Below are positions 10,999 to 23,490 of a DNA stretch of 64,000 nt, piece by piece. The DNA is from Macrostomum hystrix. Taxonomy: Eukaryota > Animalia > Platyhelminthes. Made by a program: the position numbers and the translations under genes. The notes beneath the pieces were generated by a model, which saw nothing but the letters and a program-made list of their open reading frames with translations, made no database searches and was not told where the DNA came from. Within the stretch, counting starts at the first letter, position 1. Each line of letters begins with the position of its first letter. The DNA lies in the NCBI GenBank assembly GCA_950097015.1, contig CATNEN010000032.1, positions 1,116,001-1,180,000 of the forward strand, given 5' to 3'.

Positions 10999-11898
10999 GA
11001 TCTCGAATGACACTCAGTGGCCTTGAATGACACTCAGTGACCTCGAATGACACTCAGTGACCTCGAATGACACTCAGTGACCTCGAATGACACTCAGTGA
11101 CCTCGAATGACACTCAGTGACCTCGAATGACACTCAGTGACCTCGAATGACACTCAGTGACCTCGAATGACACTCAGTGACCTCGAATGACACTCAGTGA
11201 CCTCGAATGACACTCAGTGACCTCGAATGACACTCAGTGACCTCGAATGACACTCAGTGACCTCGAATGACACTCAGTGACCTCGAATGACACTCAGTGA
11301 CCTCGAATGACACTCAGTGACCTCGAATGACACTCAGTGACCTCGAATGACACTCAGTGACCTCGAATGACACTCAGTGACCTCGAATGACACTCAGTGA
11401 CCTCGAATGACACTCAGTGACCTCGAATGATACTCAGTGACCTCGAATGATACTCAGTGATCTCGAATGACACCCAGTGATCTCGAATGACACTCAGTGA
11501 TCTCGAATGACACTCAATGATCTCGAATGACACTCAGTGATCTCGAATGACACCCAGTGACCTCGAATGACACTCAGTGATCTCGAATGATACTCAGTGA
11601 TCTCGAATGACACCCAGTGATCTCGAATGACACTCAGTGATCTCGAATGATACTCAGTGATCTCGAATGACACTCAGTGATCTCGAATGACACCCAGTGA
11701 CCTCGAATGACACCCAGTGATCTCGAATGACACTCAGTGATCTCGAATGACACCCAGTGACCTCGAATGACACTCAGTGATCTCGAATGACACCCAGTGA
11801 CCTCGAATGATACTCAGTGATCTCGAATGACACCCAGTGATCTCGAATGACACCCAGTGATCTCGAATGACACTTAGTGATCTCGAATGACACTCAAT
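10999..11898. repeat. 20-bp minisatellite (gacctcgaatgacactcagt), about 45 copies
   Basis: Homogeneous 5' half, variant units in the 3' half. Confidence 0.97.
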
Positions 11899-12817
11899 AA
11901 TCTTGAAAGTCAATATACCGTCTGCCGGGTCGCATTTAATTTCAAGGCGGAGTAATAGCAGCTGGTGCCTCAGCTTGGCACAAGCTGGAGTCAGTGCAGC
12001 AGCAGCAGCAGCAGCAGCAGGTTTTGCTCTCTGTTGTCTGGTTATCTATGATCTCTCCCAATCGAATAAACAATTTACTGGCCAGCACACGCGGTAGGAA
12101 GTCGCATTCCGTACTCCACTGAACGTGTGCACCCGGATTCAACAAAATCAGGTCAGACCAGAGACCAGAAGCCGGCTGGAAAAATCCAGCCTCAACCAGA
12201 CAAAAAGTTTTTCTTGCCCAAAATCAAAGCTGGTTCTTTGCAGCCTGCCAGACGAAATTATATTAGCCATCTCTCTCTCGCTGTCGATAATTCAGTTTCT
12301 CTTGGTTGACTGCCTGGAGAATAAATGAGCCAATGGTCCCTTGGTCCATGATTAACTATGTCGTTGTGTTTGGGCCCCCTTTTTGTAAGAGTTCTGTTTG
12401 AGATTGGAGCAAAAAGTTAAATCATCTTTGATTTTTGCTTCGGGGAGTGCGGTATAGCACCTGCTAGTAGGAGGAAGAACGAGCGTAGGTGTATTTTGCT
12501 ATTCAGGTATTCATTATTTTAGTGAGCTTAACCGGTGGCCTTGATTTCATTCGTCTTTGAAATTCAAGTAACAAATTTTATAAGGGATACGAATCAAGAG
12601 ATTCTACTTCTCATATCTTCCGATTGCTTAAAATAAAAGTTCATTTACTATAGTGCATTAAGCCGAAAAGACTCAAGCGCCAAGAAAGATAAATTGTCAT
12701 TTTATTAAACCAAAAGTTTTAATTACGATGCGCTTTGATTATGAGCAACGATCTTAAAAAATTGACCTTTATGTTATAATAATTACTTAGTTCTGGGTAG
12801 ACGGGTTTAGACTCTCT

Positions 12818-13902
12818 AATCCACTTTACTGATAGAATGCAGGCGTCAGCCCTAGGCCCTAAATGTACATCCACAGCGGGGGTAGGCAGGAGTTAAGACC
12901 TTTTATATCCACTTTACTGATAGAAAGGCGTCAGCCCCAGGCCCTAAATGTACATCCACAGCGGGGGTAGGCAGGAGTTAAGACCTTTTATATCCACTTT
13001 ACTGATAGAAAGGCGTCAGCCCCAGGCCCTAAATGTACATCCACAGCGGGGGTAGGCAGGAGTTAAGACCTTTTATATCCACTTTACTGATAGAAAGGCG
13101 TCAGCCCCAGGCCCTAAATGTACATCCACAGCGGGGGTAGGCAGGAGTTAAGACCTTTTATATCCACTTTACTGATAGAATGCAGGCGTCAGCCCTAGGC
13201 CCTAAATGTACATCCACAGCGGGGGTAGGCAGGAGTTAAGACCTTTTATATCCACTTTACTGATAGAAAGGCGTCAGCCCCAGGCCCTAAATGTACATCC
13301 ACAGCGGGGGTAGGCAGGAGTTAAGACCTTTTATATCCACTTTACTGATAGAATGCAGGCGTCAGCCCTAGGCCCTAAATGTACATCCACAGCGGGGGTA
13401 GGCAGGAGTTAAGACCTTTTATATCCACTTTACTGATAGAAAGGCGTCAGCCCCAGGCCCTAAATGTACATCCACAGCGGGGGTAGGCAGGAGTTAAGAC
13501 CTTTTATATCCACTTTACTGATAGAAAGGCGTCAGCCCCAGGCCCTAAATGTACATCCACAGCGGGGGTAGGCAGGAGTTAAGACCTTTTATATCCACTT
13601 TACTGATAGAAAGGCGTCAGCCCCAGGCCCTAAATGTACATCCACAGCGGGGGTAGGCAGGAGTTAAGACCTTTTATATCCACTTTACTGATAGAAAGGC
13701 GTCAGCCCCAGGCCCTAAATGTACATCCACAGCGGGGGTAGGCAGGAGTTAAGACCTTTTATATCCACTTTACTGATAGAAAGGCGTCAGCCCCAGGCCC
13801 TAAATGTACATCCACAGCGGGGGTAGGCAGGAGTTAAGACCTTTTATATCCACTTTACTGATAGAAAGGCGTCAGCCCCAGGCCGTAAATGTACATCCAC
13901 AG
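12818..13902. repeat. 85/88-bp tandem repeat, about 12-13 copies
   Basis: Unit atccactttactgatagaaaggcgtcagccccaggccctaaatgtacatccacagcgggggtaggcaggagttaagaccttttat; the 88-bp variant carries an extra tgc. Confidence 0.96.
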
Positions 13903-14992
13903 GGGGAAGGAGTGAAGCCTCGCTGTGTACATTATAGATAGGAAAGCGCTATCCGGCCCCCTGGCATTATTATTGATTTTATTAAGCATGAATAATGTAC
14001 ATTTAAGTCGCTACTCGTACTGTTTTATACTCAATGGGTGGATCGGAAACCGTAAGTCAGTCTACTAGGTCTAGTCTAGGCGCCAACGTCATGGGGCCGC
14101 TGATCTCGCAAATGAATGGATCAGCACAATCCAGTCTCAAGGTGGATTCTTCTTGCAATTAATCAGTTAAGAAATTCCGGGACAATATCCATTTAAAACT
14201 AATCGCGGCAATAAATTATTATCAAATATCTAGGCCCATCCAGTTCGCATCAATCACCTGAGCAGGCAATCTCCGACTCGCAGTGCAGCATTACTGAATT
14301 AGAAATTCAACTCAACCAGCTGGCCCTGAAGTTTCACATGGCGTGTCAGAAAAGTAAAGTTGAAAGCAGAACAAACTATAGAAGAAGAGGATAAGCTATG
14401 AGTTTCTCTGGGCATTGTCAAACAGTAAGTTTATAGTAGCTCTTCTACTGAAGCCGGGCAGAGCGAGGAGTGGAAATGGGGTCGGGAAACATGACAAACT
14501 AGGGGATAATACCACAGTGGGCTTGGATGGGGAAGTGGACAATCTGGCCTGGCCGCAACGTGATGCTGGCCTCGCCAACTACACAACCGCGGGCTCCCCC
14601 ACTCAGCTGCTGCGGCCTCTTATTGGTAAAGAAACTGAGAGATCTACTTTTCTCATCGTTTTTGCCTCGCCATGGCGGCTGTGGATCTATTCAAGCCTAT
14701 GGATTCGCTCTGAAAATATTCTGTCTGACCAGTCATCAGCTTTAGAGGACATATTAGGCAACTGTTGCTTTTGAACTTGTTCTGTCAAAAAGCAGTCAGC
14801 TGACTGCTGTGTGTATTGTCAGCTGAAGCAGATGCCCTTTCAATTCTTACAGACCGGGTATGTTAAGGATTCTTACACGAGGATACAGAATGTGAAAATT
14901 CGAGCATACACTTTGCATAGGATAACTAATAAAAACTGCCTCACAATTCATAAGGCTAGTGAAGTGCATGCGCTTTTACGAGTACTGAAATT

Positions 14993-15125
14993 GAGATGAG
15001 AGATGACACCCAGCCTAGTTGGGCCAGACGTACTCAATGCCACTCAATAACACAAATTGCATGGCCTTCTTGGCTGAGATTCGAACTCCGGACCTTTCAG
15101 TCACAATTCCGAAGCTCTTTTCAAG
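14993..15125 (-). mobile_element. Short tRNA-like SINE remnant
   Basis: Minus strand gagcttcggaattgtgactgaaaggtccggagttcgaatctcagcc (B box GTTCGAATC) ending in a tcatctc tail; A box incomplete. Confidence 0.4.
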
Positions 15126-16170
15126 CTACAAGTAACTAATGTACTCAAGCATGTCTGCTTGTAAACAAGTACGTTTGGTGGTACTCAAGTACGTTTGCTT
15201 GTACCTAAGAACGTTTGATGGTACTCAAGTACATTTGCAGGTTCTCTAGTGCATTTGCTGGTAATGAGGTACGTCTGCTGGTTCTCAAGTACGTATTCTG
15301 GAAATCGCGGGCAGTATAGTGCAAGTACCGAGTGAAAAAAAGTGATCACCCATTGTTTCGTTATAAATGAAAGGATCGCGGCAGGAAATCCTGTAAGGAG
15401 CCGCTGCGAGAGAAGAGTTGGCCTCACTGTCAGACAATGCCATTTCGGCTTAACAAGAGAATGCATGCTCTGAAATCGAAGGCACTATCGAAGGCACACC
15501 GCCTGCCTCTAAATTTGTTTCATTCAAAGCGACTCGGAACTTTCCTGTTTCCTTCCGCTTCGAACTTTTCTCTTCTGCACAGGAAGCTGGAGGAAAAGGC
15601 GCTGCCTTTAAGCCTGCTTTTGTTGGCTTTCTGGGTTGTACTGCTTTGCCGCATTCATAGCTGTGTTTATAAAATGATTTAATTCGCTCGCCTCCTATTG
15701 AAAGTAGAAATGTGAGTATTTTTCGCATTCGCATCAAGTAGGGTATCCTTGCCGCGGGTACGGAGGACTATGCGCATCGTCTGGAAATATTCAGGCGGAA
15801 AAAGTAAAAATCTTCCTAATTATCTGAGATTCAATGTCCGCTGCTAATTTTCAAAGCCGAAGTCTAAAACGCATCCGGTTAATAAATAATTCAAAGCCAA
15901 GCCTGCCCAGCAGTCACGCGATACCCGAGGAGCCTGTCAGAATCCAATCAATACCCACGGATTCGCAGTCCAATGACGCGTAAATCACTTTTTTCAAATA
16001 TAATTCTACTTCAAATTAGTCTGGCTCGTTTATTGATTAAAATCTATCTTGTATCTCTGTTGTAACAGAATGTCGCTTTTTTCTGGCCGTTCGGTTTGTT
16101 CAGATACAATTCGCATTCATGAGCAGCTGGAATGACCTCATTGTCTCTAACTCAGGACTACAAGTATTTT

Positions 16171-16888
16171 ATCTCCCCTGAATCTTTCCCTCAGTCTCCC
16201 ATCTCCACCCTGAATCTTTCCCTCAGTCTCCCATCTCCCCTGAATCTTTCCCTCAGTCTCCCATCTCCACCCTGAATCTTTCCCTCAGTCTCCCATCTCC
16301 ACCCTGAATCTTTCCCTCAGTCTCCCATCTCCCCTGAATCTTTCCCTCAGTCTCCCATCTCCACCCTGAATCCTTCCCTCAGTCTCCCATCTCCACCCTG
16401 AATCTTTCCCTCAGTCTCCCATCTCCACCCTGAATCTTTCCCTCAGTCTCCCATCTCCCCTGAATCTTTCCCTCAGTCTCCCATCTCCTGAATCTTTCCC
16501 TCAGTCTCCCATCTCCACCCTGAATCTTTCCCTCAGTCTCCCATCTCCACCCTGAATCTTTCCCTCAGTCTCTCATCTCCCCTGAATCATTCCCTCAGTC
16601 TCCCATCTCCCCTGAATCTTTCCCTCAGTCTCCCATCTCCCCTGAATCTTTCCCTCAGTCTCCCATCTCCACCCTGAATCATTCCCTCAGTCTCCCATCT
16701 CCCTGAATCATTCCCTCAGTCTCCCATCTCCCCTGAATCTTTCCCTCAGTCTCCCATCTCCCCTGAATCTTTCCCTCAGTCTCCCATCTCCCTGAATCTT
16801 TCCCTCAGTCTCCCATCTCCACCCTGAATCATTCCCTCAGTCTCCCATCTCCTGAATCATTCCCTCAGTCTCCCATCTTCCTGAATCT
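16171..16888. repeat. 29-32-bp pyrimidine-rich minisatellite (cctgaatctttccctcagtctcccatctccac)
   Basis: Direct tandem units. Confidence 0.95.
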
Positions 16889-17324
16889 CCCTTTAGTTTG
16901 ACTGTATTGAATGCTATATGGCAGATGGTTCTGTAAAAAGAGGGCTATTATCACTTAGATTACCAAGCGATTAACAGCGAGACTGAACAATGGATTGTCT
17001 TGGAAGATAATCGTTGGAAAAACTGACACCTCTATTAGTAACGGCATTCGCTAGTGAAGGCTCTGAGAATCTTCTTAATTTCGCTGTTGCTTGAGTGGCT
17101 GGGCACTGAGCGACAACCTCATTGGCTGGCGGGGGCGGACAGCTCAGACCCTGAAACTCAAGCCCACTGGATCCCATCCACAAGCTCGGGCCCAACCCCC
17201 GCCGTCCATTAGCGGCATAAGAGCCCCAAACTAGCACCGACTCACACTGGAGTCTGAAACCCATTTATCAATTTCTCGAACGGGCTGAAAGCGCCGGTTT
17301 TTGCCTGAACTCCGTTGAAGCACA

Positions 17325-17646
17325 ATGAGCCACAGCAAGACCAACAATTCATTCACTGGGTCTGATAGCATTCAGTGTCAAGTGTCAAGAGGCTGTCAGC
17401 AGCTGCTGTTGTTGCTGTCAGGCGCAGCTGCAGATTCCCCCAGTTGGGGTCAGGCACTATCGTCGAATTCTTCGAGTGCCTCGCCACGCTCTGCTGCCGC
17501 CGCCGCCGCTGCCACTGCCGTTACAGCGGCTGTTGAAGAAAATCTGCGCTTCTACCAGCAGGCAGCCGCTGCCGCAGCCGCCGCCGCCACCGCCGCCGCC
17601 GCAGCAGCCTGGTGGCAGCGACTGGACTTAGCTGGAGGCGCGGCTG
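17325..17646 (+). CDS. scrt: Scratch (Snail superfamily) transcription factor, first identified coding exon (Ala-rich)
   Basis: ORF from ATG 17325; donor GCTG|GTGAGT at 17647, phase 1, in frame with the zinc-finger exon. The start codon is uncertain. Confidence 0.7.
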
Positions 17647-17930
17647 GTGAGTTGACGAGGAAACTTTTCTGGCCAGAAGTAATAGTAACATTTGATGCTG
17701 TATTTAGTACTAGACTATTGCTTACTAATGTAGAGTGCAATATGTTTCAAAAACCAGTTGATGTTAACTAATTTCGAGCAATGTTCGCTTTGCTTGAAAA
17801 TGATTATGCCATTTTGGAGCTTGAAATGGGACTTTATAATGCCGATGCGTTCGGTTTAAACGAATGTTGTGGAACTTCTGAGGGACATTCTGCTTTCTAG
17901 AAGGAAATGAGCTTTCTAGGAAACTGCTGT

Positions 17931-18123
17931 GACTAGAGAGTTTTCTAGGAAACTGCTGTGATCAGTGCGGTTTCTAGGAAACTTCTGTGATCAGTGAGTT
18001 TTCTAGGAAAATTCTGTGACTAGAGAGTTTTCTAGGAAACTTCTGTGATCAGTGCGGTTTCTAGGAACCTTCTGTGATCAGTGCGGTTTCTAGGAAACTT
18101 CTGTGATCGGTGAGTTTTCTAGA
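17931..18123. repeat. 29-bp minisatellite (tttctaggaaacttctgtgatcagtgcgg), scratch intron 1
   Basis: About 6-7 tandem units. Confidence 0.88.
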
Positions 18124-18941
18124 AAACAGCGTGACCATTTTAATTTCCAGTACTACGAGCTTTCTTCGAAACCTCTAAAATCTGCTTAATTGAGCTTTCC
18201 AGGAAACTGCATAGCGATAAATCTACCTTTAGAGAAACCAATCAATGCGAGAGTCATGTTTGAGTCGCAAAAGCTCAAATTCACTCACTTTGACAATTTT
18301 TTTAAGTCGCAAAGCATTTTACTCGGTGGCTTCTTTTTAAAAAACTGGCCAGGACCATAATAGAATTACTTGAGCAGTTCAGTGATGCGTAAATGTTTGT
18401 TTTTAGACAAATGTAATAGAGCACAGATGCCACATTGCGTGTAAGACAGATCCTGAGCATGTTGCTGAGTCTTTGATTGAGCGGACGTCAGATTTTTGTT
18501 TACATTTTTTTGTTTTATTATGTTTCTAACACAAATTTCACAGATCGGTGCTTTTAAAACTGAACAAGTTTTGTCTGAGTATTTTATCGACACGAGCCTG
18601 CAGGCTTTCAAAGGGACCTCGAGTGTTCTGAGACAGAAGGTGACAGCCTAGCAACCAGTAGAAAAATGTATTTGACAACTGCTTTGTATTTAAATTCGTA
18701 ATTTAACAACAAAATAATCAATACCATTTCACCGTAAAAATCCAGTCATCATCTAGTAATTAAAATTTGGCGCTTAGGAATTGCTTAAGTATAATTAAAA
18801 AAAACTGAATTCTAAACAGGTAAAATCTAACATTTGTAACGATATTTACAAAAGTAACGCTTTATCAATTCCGCTAACACATAAAAAAGCATTAAAGCTA
18901 AAATGCCGATTTTTACGATTCTCTCCATTTCTTTTCAGCAG

Positions 18942-19445
18942 GTTCTTACCCAGTCACCAACGAGAGACTCTGGCCTGTACAGCATTCTCTGCCGCAGCCG
19001 CAGCAGCCGCAGTCGCTCGAATCGGCGTCGCCGCGGTCTTCGAGCTCGCCGAAGACGCACGAAGCCAGCGTCACGGTCAGCTACACCATCGACGCATTTC
19101 TGGCTAGCGATGGTCGAGCTCGCCGCGGTCCAAAGCGACGGCCCGTCAAGACCGCCGCCTCCGCTGACAGCCACCTGCTGCAGCAGGACGCCGTCGGCCG
19201 CTTCGCCTGCCAGGACTGCGGCAAGGACTACGCCACCTCCAGCAACCTCAGCCGACATCGGCAGACTCATCGCAGCCTGGACGACCAGTCAGCTCGAAGA
19301 TGCCAGCACTGCGGCAAGGCGTACGTCTCCATGCCAGCCCTGGCCATGCACCTCATGACCCACAGCCTGAAGCACTGCTGCCACATCTGCGGCAAGTGCT
19401 TCAGCCGGCCCTGGCTGCTCAGTGGACACCTCAGGGCGCACACAG
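18942..19445 (+). CDS. scrt: Scratch, exon 2: Scratch domain and C2H2 fingers 1-3
   Basis: SYTIDAFLASDGRARR (Scratch domain); FACQDCGKDYATSSNLSRHRQTHRSLD...CQHCGKAYVSMPALAMHLMTH...CHICGKCFSRPWLLSGHLRAHTG, matching the Scratch finger signatures. Tandem CAGCAG acceptor (18938/18941); donor at 19446. Confidence 0.95.
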
Positions 19446-19467
19446 GTGAGACTGCGGGGAGACTAGG

Positions 19468-19628
19468 GTGGACTGGCATGGACTGGGATGGACTGGCATG
19501 GACTGGCATGGACTGGCATGGACTGGGATGGACTGGGATGGACTGGGATGGACTGAGATGGACTGGGATGGACTGGGATGGACTGGGGTGGACTGGGATG
19601 GACAAGGATGGACTGGGATGGACTGGGA
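19468..19628. repeat. 10-bp repeat (ggactgggat/ggactggcat), scratch intron 2
   Basis: Direct tandem units. Confidence 0.93.
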
Positions 19629-19716
19629 GTCTGTGACTGGGACAGATTTCAAGCAATCTTTTGTATTCCTCTCGTCAAAGCAGCAAATCACACTAACCCT
19701 TCGCGACCTCCTGCAG

Positions 19717-19922
19717 GCGAGAAGCCGTTTGGCTGCGCCCACTGCGGTCGCGCATTCGCCGACCGGTCTAACCTGCGTGCCCACATGCAGACCCACACCG
19801 GCGAGAGGCAGCACCGGTGTCCCAGGTGCCATCGAGGCTTTGCGCTGCGCGCCTACCTCAGCAAGCACCTGGAGTCTACGGCCTGCAGCTCACAGCAGCG
19901 CCTGGTGGACGACACTGACTGA
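19717..19922 (+). CDS. scrt: Scratch, exon 3: C2H2 fingers 4-5, stop; full protein about 343 aa
   Basis: ctgcag|GC GAG AAG gives TGEKPFGCAHCGRAFADRSNLRAHMQTH...CPRCHRGFALRAYLSKHLESTAC; TGA at 19920-19922. Confidence 0.95.
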
Positions 19923-19929
19923 GCTCCAC

Positions 19930-20357
19930 TTCTGTCACCCTCTGTCACTCTCTGTTACCCTCTGTCACCCTCTGTCACTCTCTGTCACTCTCTGTCACCC
20001 TCTGTCACCCTCTGTCACCCTCTGTCACTCTCTGTTACCCTCTGTCACCCTCTGTCACTCTCTGTCACTCTCTGTCACCCTCTGTCACCCTCTGTCACCC
20101 TCTGTCACCCTCTGTCACTCTCTGTCACTCTCTGTCACCCTCTGTCACCCTCTGTCACTCTCTGTCACTCTCTGTCACCCTCTGTCACCCTCTGTCACCC
20201 ACTGTCACCCTCTGTCACCCTCTGTCACCCTCTGTCACTCTCTGTCACTCTCTGTCACCCTCTGTCACCCTCTGTCACCCTCTGTCACTCTCTGTCACTC
20301 TCTGTCACCCTCTGTCACCCTCTGTCACCCACTGTCACCCTCTGTCACCCTCTGCCA
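19930..20357. repeat. 10-bp repeat (tctgtcaccc/tctgtcactc) directly after the scratch stop codon
   Basis: About 42 units; probably lies in the 3' UTR. Confidence 0.95.
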
Positions 20358-21764
20358 CCTTCTGTTGCTACTACATGCGTACCTATCAATTTCGTTTGTA
20401 GCCAATATTTTACTGTCTGAATTATGTACTTGTACTTATTATTTTTGTTCCCTTTAAGCATGGTCACAGTTTATGTATTCTCTAATCCGTGTCTTTTGTA
20501 CAGAAATTTTCCTGTAATTTCCCTGTTATTCAATTCGTTCTTAGTCTAACTTTTTGGTGCAATGCGATGTAACTAGTGCTTGAAATTTTGTCATTTTTTA
20601 CTTGTTTTCGTTGTTATCGAAATAAGAAGTAAAACAAATTGGTTGCTTATCGTAAAATAAAAAATCACGAAAGTGTCGTGAGATATAAAGTTCGTGTCTT
20701 CTTTGTCAATCAGTCAAGAACAAAGACTAGAAGGCTGGTCACCGACACACTTCTCCAATAGTTGCTATGCCGTGCGCCACTTGTCATTGAGTCTAGATAT
20801 TCAAGTTAAAAAAATTCTCTGACTTTAACAAGAATCAAGATTGACCAATGCTTAACACTGGTCATAGCCAACCCGCATATGATTATGGAATATCATGCGA
20901 GAGATCAGATCTGAAATTTGAGTCTTTGATTGGCATAGAGCATATACTCGTAGTCGGCTCGCGGCAGTTTACAAGCTAAGTACGAGCTGTAAAGCTAGTA
21001 GAGATCATGGAGCCCCACATAGCCCTGTTCGAGCCTGGAGCAGTATAAAAAAATAATAATAATTGATCATACCAAAGTGGGCCACATGAGCACAGCCGCA
21101 GCAGTCCATGGACATGGTAAGTTTCTCTGAATCCTCTTCAAGCTAGGTTTGCATGTGGGATAAATAGAAAGAAAACTTTCTATGAATAGACTTGATGCTC
21201 AAAACAATCTGATATTTAAGAGAAAAAGTTGTTTTAAAGTCTCTGTTTTATACAATCTGTGTTTCTGAGTTGGAAAACATAAGTGAGCATATTGAAGTAT
21301 TTGACATTGCAAACAATCTGGCTCGAATTTACAACTAGCGCCAGTGAATTATGAGCTCAGTGGGACTGACACGACTGCAGATCATAAACGCGGCACTTTA
21401 TGCTCGCTAACAAGACCCAACGAACGACATGTGTTGAAATGCATAAAAAATTAGAAAAGCCACGGAAGAAAATCTGTAGATTTTCTGTAGAATGGAGGCA
21501 AACAGATGAGCTCTTAAAGATTTGCTTCTGCAGTCGGAACAGATGTGGCTCCGAAGTTACTTGGGCTCGTGTCATCTGGGAATAAATATCTGTCAGCGAG
21601 TAAGAAGTCGTAAATGAGTTAAACAGTCCTTACGCACGGAAGCCTGAAATAAAACATATATAAGTATAAAATATTAACATCTCAGACCAGGTACTCAGAG
21701 TTGTGACACGCGGCTAAAGCTGTAAAAACATTTTCATAGTTTTGAAACTCACACAAAGAGAATC

Positions 21765-22568
21765 GGAGACATGGGGAGAGATGAGACAGGAGAGATGAGA
21801 CATGGGGAGAGATGAGACAGGAGAGATGAGACATGGGGAGAGATGAGACAGGAGAGATGAGACATGGGGAGAGATGAGACAGGAGAGATGAGACATGGGG
21901 AGAGATGAGACTCGGGGAGATGAGACATAGGGAGATGAGACACGGGGAGATGAGACACGGGGAGATGAGACATGAGGAGATGAGACACGGGGAGATGAGA
22001 CACGGGGAGATGAGACATGAGGAGATGAGACACGGGGAGATGAGACATGAGGAGATGAGACACGGGGAGATGAGACATGGGGAGATGAGACACGGGGAGA
22101 TGAGACATGGGGAGATGAGACACGGGGAGATGAGACACGGTAGAGATGAGACTGGGGAGACGTGAGATATAGGAGAGATGTGTCGGGGAGAGATGAGACT
22201 TGGCAGAGATGAGACTTGGCAGAGATGAGACTTGGCAGAGATGAGACTTGGCAGAGATGAGACTTGGCAGAGATGAGACTTGGCAGAGATGAGACTTGGC
22301 AGAGATGAGACTTGGCAGAGATGAGACTTGGCAGAGATGAGACTTGGCAGAGATGAGACTTGGCAGAGATGAGACTTGGCAGAGATGAGACTTGGCAGAG
22401 ATGAGACTTGGCAGAGATGAGACTTGGCAGAGATGAGACTTGGCAGAGATGAGACTTGGCAGAGATGAGACTTGGCAGAGATGAGACTTGGCAGAGATGA
22501 GACTTGGCAGAGATGAGACTTGGCAGAGATGAGACTTGGCAGAGATGAGACTTGGCAGAGATGAGACA
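21765..22568. repeat. Compound purine-rich minisatellite with a GAGATGAGAC core (31-, 15- and 16-bp units)
   Basis: ggggagagatgagacaggagagatgagacat, then ggggagatgagacac, then agagatgagacttggc. Confidence 0.95.
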
Positions 22569-23490
22569 GAGATGAGGGCCTGGGGCCCTAAAGCCGATTC
22601 CCTCCAGCCCAATGCCCATTAACGGGGCCACCATCCGAGGCCGCGTGGCAAACTTCGCATGGCAACCAGACGGTTTAAGGAGGCTCTGCTCGGCTGTAAT
22701 TTCTGCAGCCATGCCCAGTCTGACATTTATCTGAAGATCTGCAAATGCTGCGGCAGGGGGCCCGGACGTGAGCAGTGAGCTCAACCCTCCGGGGGACAGT
22801 CGCACCCCCGGGGGTAAATTGGGAGGCACAGAATTGGGATAGGTGTCAGTTTTTGTGGGGATCGGGAAGCCAAGAACAGTCATCCAATTCCCTCCTCCCT
22901 TATAAACCCCCAGCCAGGCAGTTCTGTTGCCATGCTGTTGCTACTAGGGTCGGCCAGAAAGCAGGAAACTGCTAAACCCGTTGCTCAGTCCAGCCCTAGT
23001 CCCCAATGGTCCGCATTTCCACCCCACCCGCGAGTCCGCAGACACCTGTCGAGTTTTAAGACTCAAACAGTTGCAACACCACGGATAGGCGGCAAAAAAG
23101 CTTGAGCTAGCATTTTTTAGTTGCCGAGGTGATCGAAATTGACGGATTTGGCGGCTTTGCGAGGCCTCCCCGCCTTGAGGGGTGGGTGGATCTCAGCATC
23201 ACGACCCTGTGCAAGACTCCAAGTTGAAATCCCACGGAAATGGATGACGTCCCCGTGGACAAATGAATCAAACATGTGGCCTGACCAACTGCTCAGCCCC
23301 CAAACCCCGCGCTCAGCAACCAAACAAACACGAGGCAAATCTGTCATCGGCCTCAATCCCAGGCAAGCAATGGAATAAGTGTTAACGCGTCACTGATCCC
23401 GTGCTGTCAACACACCGAGTGGGTGTGAGATCAATGTGAATGAAAAAAATAAAGATTTAGGCATCAGAGAAGGAAAACATTCTTCCATTT

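Noticed and set aside
10999-13902. CRISPR-like arrays
   Set aside because: Units are contiguous with no unique spacers, the context is eukaryotic and there are no cas genes; the same holds for all other arrays in the window.
15437-15682. ORF starting MPFRLNK as a SNAG exon of scratch
   Set aside because: Does not match the MPRSFLVK consensus and has no in-frame donor before its stop.
21714-22883. Long ORFs over the 21.7-22.6 kb repeats, and similar ORFs at 26.5, 29-30.5, 31.6-32.5, 37, 38.4-39.4 and 62.7-63.6 kb
   Set aside because: Periodic translations of stop-free tandem repeats, with no splice or domain support.
22580-23460. Possible transposon or LTR fragment
   Set aside because: GC-richer than its flanks, but I found no termini, TSD or protein motif.
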